58,379 nt of DNA from Phoronis australis (lineage: Eukaryota > Animalia > Phoronida), in assembly GCA_002633005.1 (NCBI GenBank), contig NMRA01000658.1:148251-206629 (forward strand), written 5' to 3'. Below are positions 1 to 14,400 of this stretch, piece after piece. Within the stretch, counting starts at the first letter, position 1, and each line of letters opens with the position of its first letter. Both the position numbers and the translations under genes were made by a program. Below the pieces are notes generated by a model. The model worked only from the letters and a program-made list of their open reading frames with translations. It was not told the DNA's origin and ran no database searches.

Positions 1-32
1 GTACAAGTTGAAGCACAACAGAAATCCGCCAT
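1..32 (-). CDS. Possible first coding exon of a gene divergent from MZT1 (MADFCCASTC...)
   Basis: The minus strand reads AAACATGGCGG (good initiation/YY1-like context, ATG at 32-30), ~700 bp from the MZT1 ATG and open to the window edge. Too short to identify. Confidence 0.3.
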   Translation of the reverse strand, partial: MADFCCASTC

Positions 33-803
33 GTTTACTATTTCAGGTCCTTGAATTCAGAGTTTTGAGATTGTTTTGGAAATTCCATCGCCAATTCACC
101 ACTCACGAAGACAGTTAATGGGATCTAGGAAAGATAAGGCTTCGAAGGTTTATGCAACACCAGACTGAGGGAGGTGCACGCAGATTTTATTTGGATTTTG
201 GACGGTTGAAGTTGGGAGCCTCGGCTTTGCAAAGTTTAAGTGTCCAACCTTTATGTTTTCTTATATATATATTGTGACGTCATTTGCGATAAACCCAAGC
301 GCCTGTGGTCACAATATGAATCGGAATCCGATCAAAGAACCAGATTTGCAGAATTACAGGTTTGCCAGTTGAGAATACAGAGACACTCCCCGTGTAACTA
401 ATCAGGGCTAATGCCTTGAATCTCAATACAATTCAAATTTCCTACCTGTCTGAATCTTTCAAAGCCAATTTACTTTCGAGACAATCGCACATAAAAACTA
501 AAAACAGCAGCATTTTGCGATCTTTGAATGACCCGCCACTGATTAACCAATCACCATCGGTTATGAAAGTAAGTGAACCCAAAAATAGTTAAATAATGTA
601 TTATTTTGTAAAATTTCATATTTTGACTAAAAATCGTTTATTACATAAAAAATATTACTTTACAGTGTGGACAATTATTTCAAAATTTGCATGATAGTTT
701 AATTTTTGAAATTCTAGGCATTTGAAAAAATGGCGGACAACGAGAAAATTGTTTCAGCAAGAGAAACTATGGAAAGTATGACTAGATTTCACAAATGACG
801 TCA
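33..803. promoter_or_regulatory. MZT1 promoter region, possibly bidirectional
   Basis: Palindromic CRE TGACGTCA at 275-282 and 796-803, CCAAT near 548, and a YY1-like AAAATGGCGG overlapping the MZT1 ATG. Confidence 0.45.
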
Positions 804-3800
804 AAAGTACTTCGATCACGTACTCTGAGAACCAACTTTCTTAACTTTGACTGGATACTATGATAATAGACATTGTAAACTCACCTTTGCTGTCAATGAA
901 ATGTTGACTGGTCACTGACACTGCCAATGCCAGCCAGTGTGTTTTGTGTTGTGTGTGAGTCAGTGGGTGGACCCACCTTGTAAGTCGGGTCGAAGTAAGC
1001 CTTGAAGAGATACATGAGCATTACACTTCATGCCCATAGCCATAGGGTCACTGTCCCTACAATCTTTTGTTCTGAGAGATGTGCCAGGGGCCTCGATCCC
1101 CTGAATATCGGCCCCATTCCCTTCTTAAAAATAATGAAAAGACACCCGAAATACCCCTCGTGAGGCCCATAAATTCCCCTCAAGTGAGCCAGTTACTATT
1201 CATTATCTGGATTGAACGTTTTGAATGAGATAATTGCGGTTCTAAACTAAAACGCCACGGCCTGTTTAGCACAGGAGTTTCAAAGTAAAAAACAGACAAG
1301 GCAAACCAATTGAAAAGTTAATAGTAGACATCTTATTTTTAAATCAATGCATTATAAGAGAAATTAGCAAATAGGTTTCCTTCAGCATCTCTGCTAAGCC
1401 ACAAGCTTTAATTTGTGAACCGATTAGGACGAGGCTTAGGCTTGCTTAGGTCTTGGAGAAAACCTCAAATGTTAGCGTAGGAGTAGACAGTGACCACCAG
1501 TAGACTACTGACAGCGACCACCAGTAGACTACTGACAGCGACCACCAGTAGACTACTGACAGCGACCACCAGTAGACTACTGACAGCGACCACCAGTAGA
1601 CTACTGACAGTGGCAGTAGAGATGGTGTGTCAATACCATAAGTCACTTCTTACTTTGTTGAAAACACTGTAACTAAACTATTTGTTTGACAGCTATCTGA
1701 TAAGAGCTCCTTTCTTCAGGTATGCAACTATGTAGCAAAACACCGAGTGACATAAACAAATTAAAACACTTGCTATATTTCGAGACTGCATGTCTCAACA
1801 TTAGGCAATAAGTGGCATGAACGTATACGAAGACGGCCATTCAAGCAGAGAGTGTGAATGCAACACACAGTAGGAAGCCCACAAGCTTATCGAAATAGGT
1901 AGCGTGTGGTAATGAAGTTTGTGTTTATGAAGAGCTGCTACCTATAACTATACTCACTACTTTTTGTACAAAGTGTCTAAGTGCAAGCATTGCCCAGTTT
2001 TGTCTTTGATGCTTAATAAGTCTTGTTGTCTTGTTTCATTTTGTCTCTATGCAATCTTGTCTTATACATTCCTTCATATTTACAATGTAGAAAAAAGGTA
2101 AAACACTTTAAAATCTGCTAATATTTATTAGAAATACTGAGACATTCAAGCCTTAATCAGGTAGGAAATGAAGAGCCACACCCATTAAAGCTCAAAAGCT
2201 AGTGTTTTTTAATAAAATTTTCTCTACATTTTAAAGTGTTCTACCTGTTTCTAAATTATTTAATTTTATCTGTTTTGACATGTGTCATTAGCATCTTAGG
2301 TAATGTTTTGTTTCTTAATATTTTATTCCTCAGTAAATTACTAGTATATGATTAGATTAGCATGGGCGCACCCGGGGGGCTCAAATGAGTCCCGCTCATT
2401 TGACGGAGTAGGCAAAAAGGTGTTCCTCAGAGAAACGAAAACTCTGAAAAAGTAGAAATGGAGACAAAAGTCCACCAGAAAGGCAGGAACTACCAAAATT
2501 CAGTGAATGCACAGTTCATGGCTCTGAACATACCACGTAAATCTTAGTAAAAGGTCCACGTTCTCAAAAATTCAAGCTCCCTCATTTTTTAGACTGGGTA
2601 CTCGTCAAATGTGCACCATGTTAGATCTTTTGCTTCTGGAAGACACTGGTTCCATTTTTGAACAATAGGCAGAGTTACTCTTTGCTACATTGTCCCATGT
2701 GTTCTTTGTCTACAGCTATGAATGTCATACTTTTAGCACTTCTGGAGATTTCCAACTTATTGAATACCGGGCTGGACGCTGAATCCTTGGCATCGTGTGT
2801 CCGACTTTGTGAGAATGGTTGCAACCCAGAGGCACTGGCATTGGTGATCCAGGAACTTCGGCGGGAATCAGCTGCTGTCAGAGTAAGGAAGGGGGTGCAC
2901 AGCGACTGAGGGCAAAAGCAAATCATTTAGTCAAGAGTTTTTTTGTTTTGCAAAGCACATTTTGTAGTGCAGATCCTGTGAGAGGTTCAATAATCCAGAA
3001 TTTTGTAGTGCAGATCCTGTGAGATGTTCAATAATCCAGAGTTTTGTAGTGCAGATCCTGTGAGAGGTTCAATACTCCAGTATTTTGCCTGCTTCTCATA
3101 CCTGCTTTGGTGGAATATGAGGTGCCCTCTGTGGAGGAATATGAGGTACCCTCTGTGTCTGCTAGACCCTTTGGACCTGGATCCAGCCCTGTTTTTTGTC
3201 AATGTCATGTTCACATGTACTATTTCATAGTAGTCGATGCTAAAACACTGAGAAACTGCTTTCTTAGAAATGAGGGTTATGCTTATCATTTTGAAATAGG
3301 CAATTTATTTATGGTTTGAGAAACTTAGAATTTTAAGCCCTGAGTCCCTTGGGCCAAAACAGTGTTTGGGCCCCATTTGTGATATCCTAGGTCTGCCACT
3401 GCCTAAACTCATAGAACGTGCTTTTATAAGGAATAAAGAAAAAAAATGAAAGCTTTCATTTTTTCAATGTTTTTCACTGTAAGAAATTTTTGCTACCATT
3501 GGTCTGGTAATGCCCATCAGTGCTCATGCACATGCTAATTGAGAAAACCTTGGGAATTTTCAGTGCCACAAACTTGCCTTGGAGGTGTTTCATGTGAAAA
3601 TTTCAATCAGAACAGAAAGTTATGTGACTCAAAATGCCGTCAAATGCTTAAACATGAGTTTACAGGGCATCAGGACTTGGGAGACAGTCTAAGGTTGGCA
3701 TGCAGGTTTTTTGAGGTCTGCTAGGCAGATAATCATGATTTTCAACCATCTGCTGATCAAAGCCCAGTGCTGGTATGATTGGGGTTCACATTTTTGCGCA

Positions 3801-6448
3801 GATATTAAACATCTCCTAGTGGTAATTTGAGGCTTCAAAAATACGATTTTCCACGGTGTTCCAGATGCTCATTGGTAAGTTTGATCGTGTCTTAAAGGAG
3901 AACTCATCCTTTTTACATGTCATTTTTTTACGCATTATGCCGTCATCTCCGTCCGTCCGGCGTCTGCTGCTCTATCTCCAAAACGGCTTGACGTATGCTC
4001 ATGAATTTTGCACATGTGTTCCTTCCATGGATGGGAAGGCATGAGCGAACTTTCAGACGGATCCGACTACGGGTGTGCCCCCTAGTGGCAATTTTAGTTT
4101 TTTACGTTTACCTCTGTATCTTCAAAAGTTGTGTACAGATTTTCGTAAAATTTGGTATATAGGCACCTATTGGTGAGATGACGATGTCCATCCGTTTTCT
4201 GATGGATTCAATGTCGTTTGCGCCACCTAGTGGCCATTTTTACTGTTTTCGAGTCTGTTTTGTTGCGTCCACCCCTCTATCAACCAAACCACTCAAAGGA
4301 TGATTGTGAAAATTGGCACGTATGTTCTTACTATGATGTGGACGGCTGACGATGATTTTTTGATGATTTCGTTTACTGTGGCGCCTCCTAGTGGCAGTTT
4401 TGCTTTTTTTTGCGCCTATGGCTGCATTTCCTAACCCGTTTGAAGGATCTTTACTAAATTTAGTAACTGTATTTATATGATGTTGACAACAGATGGCGAC
4501 GACTTTTGGACGGATCTGATGACAGGTGTGCCACCTAGTGGCAATTTTATTTTTTTACGTTTACCCCTGTATGTTCAAAGGTCTTTGGATGGAATTGAGG
4601 TATTTTGCGCCGCCTAGTGGCCATTTTTGCTGTTTTCAAATCTTGTTTTTGGTGTCCACCTTTCGATCAATCAAATCATTCTAGGGATGGTTTTGAAAAT
4701 CGGCGTATATGTTTTCAGTGTGAAGAGAACATTTGATGATGGTGACTGGCTACTCTGGCGCCTCCTAGTGATAGTTTTGTTTTGTTTTTCGCCCATAGCT
4801 GTATATCCAAAACCCACTGCAGCATCTTTATTAAACCTAGTAAGTGAATTTATATGAGGATAACAGATGACGACTTTCAGGCGAATCGAATGGACATTGT
4901 GCCCACAAGTGGCAATTTCATTTTGTTCCGTTTTCCTTTATTTCTCTGAAGTTCCTTGACAGATTTTTATGAGATATGGCATGTTCCCGTTTTTGGATGG
5001 ATTATACATTTTTGTGCCATCTAGTGGCCATTTTTATGATACAAGTAAATAACCCTAAAAGCACACCATTTGCGATGCATTCGTGGGCGCATTTCAACGC
5101 TCTGCGTTGCTCGTGTAAAAATATGGTTCTTTGATTATCCCAGACAAATTTTTCATTTAATTACAGCTTCTCGGAATTTAATTAATTAGTCATGCCCTAT
5201 TCCGGAGGTGACGTTTAGGGGGTTCAGAATTTCCTGCTATTTTGTTTCTCCGTTTGAGTTTACTGTGAGCATCTGTTCTACTGTTGTTTTTGTGCTGGTT
5301 TCCTAAAATTGTCGTCACCACTTCCCATCGACAAGTATTCTACGACAAGCTAGGTTGTTGGAGAACTCATTGACTATGAATTCTGGATGTTGTACGTCGT
5401 CTTGGAGAAAAAGCTGATTTTACCAAAAGTCAATCAGTGTTTTCAACAACTGAAAATGAGAAGCACGCCACTAGACATGGTAAAGTGGACCTTGGGCATC
5501 CCACGGATGGAGAAACAACTGTCCCACTTGCCTGAGTGTCCCGTGATGCGCTCCCACTGAAGGCATGACCTAATTAATTAAATTAAGGAAAGCCGTAATT
5601 AACTGAAAATATGGCTGGGGTAATCACGAAAATGACATGAAAAAAGGTTGCTTTCTCCTTTAAAAAAAGTTATCGTTCAGTTGCTGGCTGCTGTCATGCA
5701 TGTTTGCCCTTGTGCGAGACACCCAACCTGCATTACCCTCGACTGTAAATGTGTAGCAGCCTTGGCGTTCTTTCCAGGGGAAAGTGAAAAACTGCTCAGG
5801 CTTCAAAAAGCAGAATCAGCTATTGCTCAATGTTCTTTGATGGCTCATAAAGGATTTAATTACTAATGCTTACCAAAATGCAAACCAGAACAATAGAATT
5901 GTGCATTTACTCCTTGTGAAATTGGTGTAATTTGTGTCATTGAAATTGACCATTAACAGTTATTTGGCTTTTGGATTTAGATTTGTCCTGGAATACTTTG
6001 TCAGTGATTTGGCTTAGGTTATAGTGGTTTGGAGCACTTAAAGTATCCGGGGCAGATTTGAAGGGAGGCATAGGGTCCCCAGACTTGACCAACTGATATG
6101 AAATAAAATGGTATACTGTCTTGTCAATTTTAGTGTGATCACGAAGGCTTGTCCTTTGGGTAGTGTGGGCTGGTCCTTTCTTTGCGACTTACCAGGTCCT
6201 ACGGAGCTTTCACAACTGCAGGTCACAGCATTGCATCAAACATGTACAGGACGCTCAGCTGGGCCATTTTCACCAGACACCTGTCACATGACTAGCAAGT
6301 GTACAACATTGTTCAGCTCGAGGCTGAAGTGATGGCTGATAGCAGATGGAGTTGTAAAGGGTCATGCTTGGAAAGAATGCTTTTTGGGATTACTAAAAAA
6401 TTTACATATGTAACCCTTTTGTTTTAGGAAGCTGAGGAAGCCACGTGA
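730..6448 (+). CDS. MZT1: Mitotic-spindle organizing protein 1 (gamma-tubulin complex), 3 exons, 70 aa
   Basis: Exons 730-775, 2737-2882 and 6428-6448 have GT-AG junctions with compatible phases (213 nt). Product MADNEKIVSARETMETLLEISNLLNTGLDAESLASCVRLCENGCNPEALALVIQELRRESAAVREAEEAT* matches the MZT1/GIP signature (RETMxxLLEISxxLNTGLD...CVRLCExGxNPEAL). Confidence 0.95.
1486..1610. repeat. 24-bp minisatellite x5
   Basis: Unit GACCACCAGTAGACTACTGACAGC. Confidence 0.95.
2960..3080. repeat. ~41-bp tandem repeat x3
   Basis: Unit TTTTGTAGTGCAGATCCTGTGAGAGGTTCAATAATCCAGA. Confidence 0.9.
3925..5116 (+). mobile_element. Helentron-associated (HINE/DINE-1-like) non-autonomous element, copy 1 (MZT1 intron 2)
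   Basis: (CCGT)n microsatellite near the 5' end, internal ~150-bp sub-repeats, 3' subterminal GTGGGCGCAT (5083-5092) followed by hairpin CAACGC-TCT-GCGTTG (5095-5109). Confidence 0.7.
5131..5628. mobile_element. ~500-bp MITE-like foldback element
   Basis: ~70-bp imperfect terminal inverted repeats (TGATTATCCCAG...AATTAATTAGTCATGCC vs GGCATGACCTAATTAATT...CTGGGGTAATCA). TSD not clear. Confidence 0.55.
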
Positions 6449-7670
6449 CAAGTCAACGTTGTCATCCAAAAATTGGTTCAACAGCGGCAGTATCACAGGA
6501 GGAATTACAAATGAAAAATATTATCAAATTGGTGAATTGGCGTCAGAGAATTGGACAATTGCTCTAGATGTGATATGTGGACCTGTGACAACAGTTGTGA
6601 GGAAGTTAATAGTTTTCTTTCAAGGAGTTGAAGATCGTTTGCATTTTGATCTACCAAAACAATGGTAGTTGGACAAGAACTAGACATTGACTTTTTAAAG
6701 CAAGCTTTTCAAGCGGAAGGTATAATGGCTCTGTATTCAAATTCTGTTTATTTTTGTACACTGAGAAACTTTACGTTACTTATTTATTGTTTTTGTTGTT
6801 GATTTTTTAATTAAAGGCATTCACAAGATATTGTGTTTGGATTGCATCATGGTTTATAAAATAATCTACAAAATGACGCCAATTTGGTGCCTGAAAATCA
6901 CAAAATTACTTGTGCTGGGGCACTTAGCATATGGCTGGCTCCAGCTCAAGACATCTGTTACCAGGCAAAACTGTGATCTTGTAAAGGAAGATAATAGGAT
7001 TGGTCATTTCTTCATTAGCCCATTATTATTTGTAAACTGCATGTCAGAGGTTTGAAAGAAAGTTGATGTTTCATAACTAAGTAATATTTGAATAGATTTC
7101 AGGCATACCACAAATAAAGCAGTACCCTGTGGGCCAAACAAGTTGATGTGAATTTCCAAAACTGAGAAACTTGGACATGCAAATAAAAGTATATTTGATC
7201 ATAGCACCAAGGAGTACACTCCTTGATAGCACCGTATATGATGGGGAATTTAGTTACATGCACATACTGAAGTAGACAATTATTGCACATCATATTACAA
7301 AGATAATGGTCATATTCTGTGGACAAGGGTTCACTAAATCACAGCAAATTTTTATTTGAAAACCAATATACATTACATGTTGACACAAGTTCTTCGATTT
7401 GCTTCTTATCAGAGCAGACAAGACCACAACGGAACCAAAGTAATTGGTAGAAATAATTTAATGTGCTGAATGATAAATGGAACAAAAATGCATTTTGTGA
7501 GAGTTGATCTTAGATGCAAAGAAAAATAAAAGTGGCAAACTTGATTTAGATCACATACCTCTACAAAATTGTTCAACGTGTTTCCTAACTCCGATGAGAT
7601 ATGACTTTGGTTTTGTAAAGAAGTAATAGTTCATTATTTCAGACTATGGTTGGCAAATAAAATGACAGAC

Positions 7671-7956
7671 TGACAAGTGACCTCATAGAACCCGGTCCCA
7701 AGCAATACAATGACAGGCTGTGACAAGTGACCTCATACAACCCGGTCCCAAGCAATACAATGACAGGCCGTGACAAATGACCTCATAGAACCCGGTCCCA
7801 AGCAATACAATGACAGGCTGTGACAAGTGACCTCATACAATCCGGTCCCAAGCAATACAATGACAGGCCGTGACAAGTGACCTCAAAGAACCCGGTCCCA
7901 CGCAATACAATGACAGGCCGTGACAAGTAACCTCAAAGAACCCGGTCCCAAGCAAT
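7671..7956. repeat. 50-bp minisatellite x5.7 between the convergent MZT1 and HSPBP1 stops
   Basis: Unit TGACAAGTGACCTCATAGAACCCGGTCCCAAGCAATACAATGACAGGCTG. Confidence 0.95.
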
Positions 7957-8467
7957 ATCGAGTTGTCACTTTCTTCCAAGCCAAGAAATTGCAACACAAT
8001 CTTAGATAATCTTGTGTGATTGTTATTTTCCCTTAACAAAATTTTTAATTGGGAAGCAAACATTCTCCCACAGGTTATATGTTGTAAACAATTTCACTGC
8101 TCTGAATGCATTTGCAATTGTTTTCTTCCCAATTGCAAGTTTAAGCAAACCACGCTTCTGGCATTGTTAGTTGGTCAATCTTGTCATATTGTTATTACTG
8201 ATCTTTCCCTTCACTTAAAGTCAAGCCAGCCATACACATGGGCTTCACTGGCCAAATCACATACTAGTCTCTTCACATCATTTCTTTTAGAGCTGCCACA
8301 ACTACTAAACAACAGAATAGTCTCCAGGTTTTTAGTGTTGTTTGGTTCTTTATAATGACATGGCTAATGGCAAGTCATCCACCATAACAGCTGTAGTCGC
8401 TATTACAACAGTGCTGTACTGTCCTCTATTACAAGTGCTGTACTGTCCTCTTTCTACACAATTGCTG

Positions 8468-11400
8468 TTATCTGCAGGCAGCCTCTGATTTATCTTTAAA
8501 CGCTAATTCCATCAGCCGTTTGCTGTACTCCATTTCTTCCTGAAATAAAAATTAGAAAAGATATTAGAATTATCTTGAGAGTTAACTCGGAACTGGACAA
8601 GAGGCAGTTGATGGTTCAAGCAGTTCTTGAATTCAAATTGGTCATCAGGAATTCAGTTACCGTATTTTGCCATGTAAACGCCCACTGCTAATTTTAATCC
8701 CAACGACCAACTTTGAGTGAAGATATTTAAGTGCCCAGGGATGCTAGTTTTAATGGCTGCCCAACTTTAGAAAAAAATGCTCCTTAAACATCCACGAGAC
8801 CATGCAATTTTATGAGTCATTCTGTAACAATTTGTTGACATATGTGGTGTATGAACCTTTGAAATTCAAACACGCCTTTTGAAATTACATTTTAGTCACC
8901 AAGTGTGTCATTTTACCGCAATGAATGAATTGCATGAAAAATCTACAAATCATCTCTGAAAGAAGACCATCAAAATGCAAAGCACTTGAATGACTGATTC
9001 AACTGCATCATTTCACAGGTAGAAATCTATCTGTAGCATCATTAACACATACCACATCTCCAAAAAATGATCCAACTTATAATTAGGCATTTCAACTGAA
9101 TACTACAGGCGAATGCTGATACACAGGCAACAGCCACAAGAATTCCACATTTTGAAAACCAATTTGAGGCCTGCTATTCAGTGGAGAAAACTGGTTCTCA
9201 AAATGCAGCGACCCCTGTATAAAGAGACTTTTGTTAGATATGAAAAAATTCTGCAAGGCAGAACAGGACATAATGTTACGTACCAGATGTGTCTCATCGT
9301 TCTTCAGTTGTTTCAGTTTGTTCTCAAGTATGGCCTGTAGACCAAGTTCAGGTCTCCTACACTCATCCAAGGACTTCTGGTGGTCATTTACCATGGAAAC
9401 AAGGGTGGCTAGCAGGTGTTCGTGGAATGGGCCATGTTGTGTGCCTAGAAGGGTCACTAGCTGTTCTACCATTCCCATGTTGCAAAGCACATCTGTGAAG
9501 GAATTTAGTTAGTCAGAGAACAACCTAGTTTTAAAGTTACCCAACAGCTTGTGCCATTACCAAGAACGTGGGCGGATGCATCTTTCTGCTGCATCTGTGG
9601 CAAATTGTCACCCACTTTTACAGTTCAACATATTATATAACTTTTGTAATTACCGATATCTGTAGTAGTTTAGTTTGTCACAATATATATGACCTTTTAT
9701 CTCATCTACATATGTTGTTTCACTGTAAACTAGCTTTGGTATCGCTTTGTAGTTAGCATATATAAAAATAATTGAAGTTCAAGCATTCATGTTGCTTTGG
9801 TATGCTATAACAAATAATACTATACTGTAATTCTTTGTATCGGGATATTCTTAAGACGACTTGTACTCTAAGCTTGGATTTATGAAACTAAAACAAAGCA
9901 ATCAATATCTCTCTACCTGTTGCATGTACAAATGTGTCAATGGCGTGGCTCCAGCATATCTCAGCCGTAAATTCAGTAGCAGTCACGTTGTATACTTTAC
10001 ACGTTCTTTCGCTGCTGGTAATGTTTCTTTTAAAAAAATTAAAACCAAGACCGGCGAGAGATCCTTTATTTATGCTGCTGCAGCAATATGGAACTGTCTT
10101 AGCCCAGAAATTAAACGGTCCGATTCAATTAACACTTTCAAACTTAATATAAAAAAGTGACTGTAATTTACCAAACCATTTTACACCCTACCTGTTTTAA
10201 TTATGTCATTTGTCGTTGTAAATAATCTCACTATTTAGCATCATCTCTTTATTTATTTCATCTCTCTTAGTCCAATTTTCACCATCCTTTGTCATTTATT
10301 TATTATCTTAATTCTCAACCTGTTTTAATTGTATCTTTGTTAAATGCATTTAATTATTGTTTTATTACTTTATTGTATTATATTATTGTTTTATATTTTG
10401 TCGTTGAGGGCCCTCTTGGAAAGAACTGCTGTCACTGAAGAGGCCACCCTCATTTTAAATATCACAAAAATAAAGAAAGTTAACAAGAAATGAAACATTT
10501 TCTTCAAAGTATAAATTTAAAGAGTAATATGACATATGGCACATCTTTGACACAAGGAAACTAAATCAAGAATAAGAGTATGGAATGGGACCACTAGTCC
10601 GAGCTTCCTAAAAGTTTAAGGGCATTGCCCTCAACTTGACATAGAAACAACTGTTAAATTTCATACAGGGATGAAGCCAACAAACAGAAAAATAGTTTTC
10701 CAAAGGAGAAGTGGTACCGCACAGGTAACGAGTTATTGTCCGACCGGTCAGAAACGAGTCGGGGACCGCTCAGAAAGAAATCGGTGACCGGTCTGAAAAT
10801 AGATAAGTGATCTGATATCCAACTAATCAAGCATCTATAATGCGCACATTTACAAATAGTCTTGAATACTCCCATTAAATACACCTGTTGTCCTACATCC
10901 ATTAGTTTTTCGACAGTGACAATGAAACGTTGCCTTAATACTATATGAGCAAGAAATTAAAAAATATGCCTCAGCACGTGATTACGATTTGCCAACTGTC
11001 CTTTATTCCCATCATAAGTGATGGCACCAGTGAGGACCAGGCTAACAGTTCTAAGCACTCCGTTGCTGGTCTGGGCAGCGTAAACTTGACTCATTACCAC
11101 CTGTGACCTGTGCTGTATGTGAATCCATTACCACCTGTGACCTGTGCTGTATGTGAATCCATTAAAAAATTTGTCGATGCCTAGCCACCTTTGATAGAAA
11201 CACAGATGCTCAAATTCAAGAAAAACTTTCAAAAATGTAGTTGACGTGAAAAAAATAAGTGTTCCCATGGGAAAAATCAGAAACCAAATTTGGGTCACCT
11301 GACCGAGATGACGACAACAATAACCAACATTAAAGTTATATTGTGCGCTACACGAGCAGGTGAGGCCTATGAACTCCATTCCAACCGCAGCATTAAGACA

Positions 11401-14400
11401 GAAAGTTAGAAAATTTAAACGCGTTAAACGTCTTATTTCACTGCTCGTTTTTTTGTGACTGCCACAAAATTCAATCAAAACATTTTGCATTTGCCAAGAT
11501 TTTTTACACAGCCCCAGAAATTGCTTTTGCATTTATATCTTGGTTCTCCTTCACTCTCTTGCACACATTCATAAGTAAGATCGAGCTCAGAAAAATAGGA
11601 GACACCTTTTTGCAATGTTCGATTGTCAGCCAGTGAAACCAGGATTTGAATTCAGGTCGGCCAAACGGGAGCCGCAAGCTCTAACCACTGAGCCACACTG
11701 TCTCAAGGTAATAGCTATCTAAACAGTGCTCAATATAGCTATCTAAACAGTGCTCAATATAGCTATCTAAACAGTGCTCAATATAGCTATCTAAACAGTG
11801 CTCAATATAGCTATCTAAACAGTGCTCAATATACCATTAAATAATGTGAGCGTAGAAAAGGTTTGAAGACCAAAGATCAAGACGACTGCTCACAAATTAT
11901 CACAAAATATACAGGATTTGCAAAGAATTGGAAACACTTTTGAAGGGGTGGTCTTATTTATACAAAACTTGAACTTAAGCAGAAGATAACAAGTAGACTG
12001 AACAAGAACCAATGTAACAAAGTACCTTTAAATGCCGGACTACAGAAATACATCAATAGGAAGACTGCCTTTATTTGCAGTTTTTCAATGTTACTTTGCA
12101 TTGCTCTAAGGAGATACGAGAAACCATCCAGCTCTACAAAGGCTTGTTCTGTTTCTGGTACGTGTCGACAAAGACCTGATAAATGAAACAACGCTTGGTT
12201 AGTTGTGAAATCAGTACACTACAAAATCAACACAAGTATATCGCTACAAACAAGGCAAGTGTTCAAGGAACTGAGTGAACACACACACAAACCCTGAATT
12301 AAAATTTCAGATGACCTTGAATGATTCAAACTAAGAGAGTGAAGGAGTGAAGCAGGGAGGAAAGAGGGGGGGGGGNNNNNNNNNNNNNNNNNNNNNNNNN
12401 NNNNNNNNNNNNNNNNNNNNNNNNNNNNNNNNNNNNNNNNNNNNNNNNNNNNNNNNNNNNNNNNNNNNNNNNNNNNNNNNNNNNNNNNNNNNNNNNNNNN
12501 NNNNNNNNNNNNNNNNNNNNNNNNNNNNNNNNNNNNNNNNNNNNNNNNNNNNNNGGGAGGGAGGGAGGGACGGACAGCAGTAGGGAGAGAGATATGGGAG
12601 AAAAAGAGGTAGGGCGAGAAGTGGGGTAGAGTGAGGGAGGGAGGGAAAGAGGGTGGTAGGAAAGAAAAGAGGAAGGGAGGTAAGAATGAAAATGAGGGAA
12701 AGAAAATGGGATGGAGGAGGGACGGGGAGGGATGGAGGTAGAGCAGGGCCAAAAGAAAGCGCTCATCACTTAATATGTTAAATTTTTGTAATTCGTTCCG
12801 CAACTTGTATCCTGCTTGCCTGACTAAAGAGAGACACATGGTGAAGATTGTTTGAAGTTAAACCACAAAAAAAATTATTATATCTTTCTTTATATTTTTG
12901 CAAACATTTGAAAAATTTTCAGGACTACATGGAGACGGTACTTTGTGATATTGTCTCCGAAAGTAGCGTGATTTGTCAAAATGCCAGTGGGTAGCATCTT
13001 TACCTACACCATTTCAGAGGTATCATATACACAAACTCATCTTCTGCGTACTTTATGTTAAAATAAAAACTGCCCCTTTAAGGAGTTGATGTTGCATTAA
13101 AGTTTCGAACAAAAATCATGGCGAAAATCATCACTGTTTCATTTTTCCAATGATATTCTAATTATTTCTAAAATAAAATCTCACCATTTTCTGAAAAAAA
13201 TCCAAAATGTCCTTTTTTTCATTTTTCAACATTGTTGTGAATGTCCACAATTTTCAAAACAATCTGATGATAGCTGTGGTACAAAACTTGAACATGGAAA
13301 TTCATATAATTTGGGACATGTTGTATGAAAACATGATAAAATAAAATTTCACTTGTCAGCCATGTTGTGTCCTAAATTGGATACATCTTATCATAATTTC
13401 TTATTTTAATTCGTAATGTTAAGTGCTGCGACACATAAAAATGAACTAAATAAAATACAAATTACTAATAACAATCAGCAAAACGCATATTTATAATAAT
13501 AAAACCAATGCTTATTATTCTTCTGGAGCAGCATGAAAATTTGTTTCTAGAATAGTGCGCAACCTGTCCACATGACTGAAAATCTGCGACCTTGAACATT
13601 ATTAAGTAAGTTATAGGGACTGGCACCTGTATAAAACAAAATGCGCGGTTTTAAAATATGGGTATCATGGTATCCAGCCAGAATAAAAGCTACTTCTTGT
13701 AGTACTAATTGATAGGCATTGGGAAAAGGTACTTATCAGTAAATTTTTCACGGGAAGGGTTCCCATAATTTATAGTTTGCAAGCATGTGTACTCTCATAT
13801 CTTGTCTTCTTGTCACCAAAAACTCAAATTCGACCATTGCACAACTGACCCACCTGAGATTGCATACATGGACTTGATGCGGACCATATCCAATGAATGA
13901 CTGTCTGTCAACTTCAACAGCATAGGCAGCACTCCAACCTGCATGGCTGCCTGCTGACAGTAAGGGTTGTTCTGTACTAATGTCGCAATCAGCTCACCCG
14001 TTCTCCACTGTATCTCGCCACTTGGGTCATCGAGCAACTTCGGCAGTAGTGAGAACCCACCAATTTTCTGAAAGTCTACAAAACAAAGCAGACAACACAA
14101 CAACTACTTTAAATAATAATGATTATCAAATTGTATTTTCATAAATTCGAACCCCAGTTTATATATAAAGTTCCTGCCTTGAAGAACGATTTTAACTAAA
14201 TGCATAGTGAACTGACCTGATGAACTAAACAGACAATGAGTTAGCATTGGAATGCGCCCACGAATGCATCGCAAATGGTGTGCTTTTAGGGTTGTTTATT
14301 TGTGTCATAAAAATGGCCAATAGATGACGCAAAAACATACAATCCATCCAAAAACGGGAACATGCCATATTTCATAAAAATCTGTCAAGGAACTTCAGAG

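Noticed and set aside
1446-1672. Repetitive ORFs (VVYWWSLS / TTSRLLTA)
   Set aside because: Translations of a 24-bp intronic minisatellite; no splice or homology support.
2658-2909. Single-exon 83-aa MZT1 as given in the ORF track
   Set aside because: Its N- and C-termini are intronic read-through; the spliced three-exon model restores the conserved RETM motif and a proper ATG.
11626-11697. Genuine tRNA gene
   Set aside because: Only the A/B boxes are retained; there is no acceptor stem or clean anticodon arm, so it is treated as a SINE head.
12219-12839. 206-aa and 147-aa ORFs
   Set aside because: Low-complexity sequence read through the N gap.
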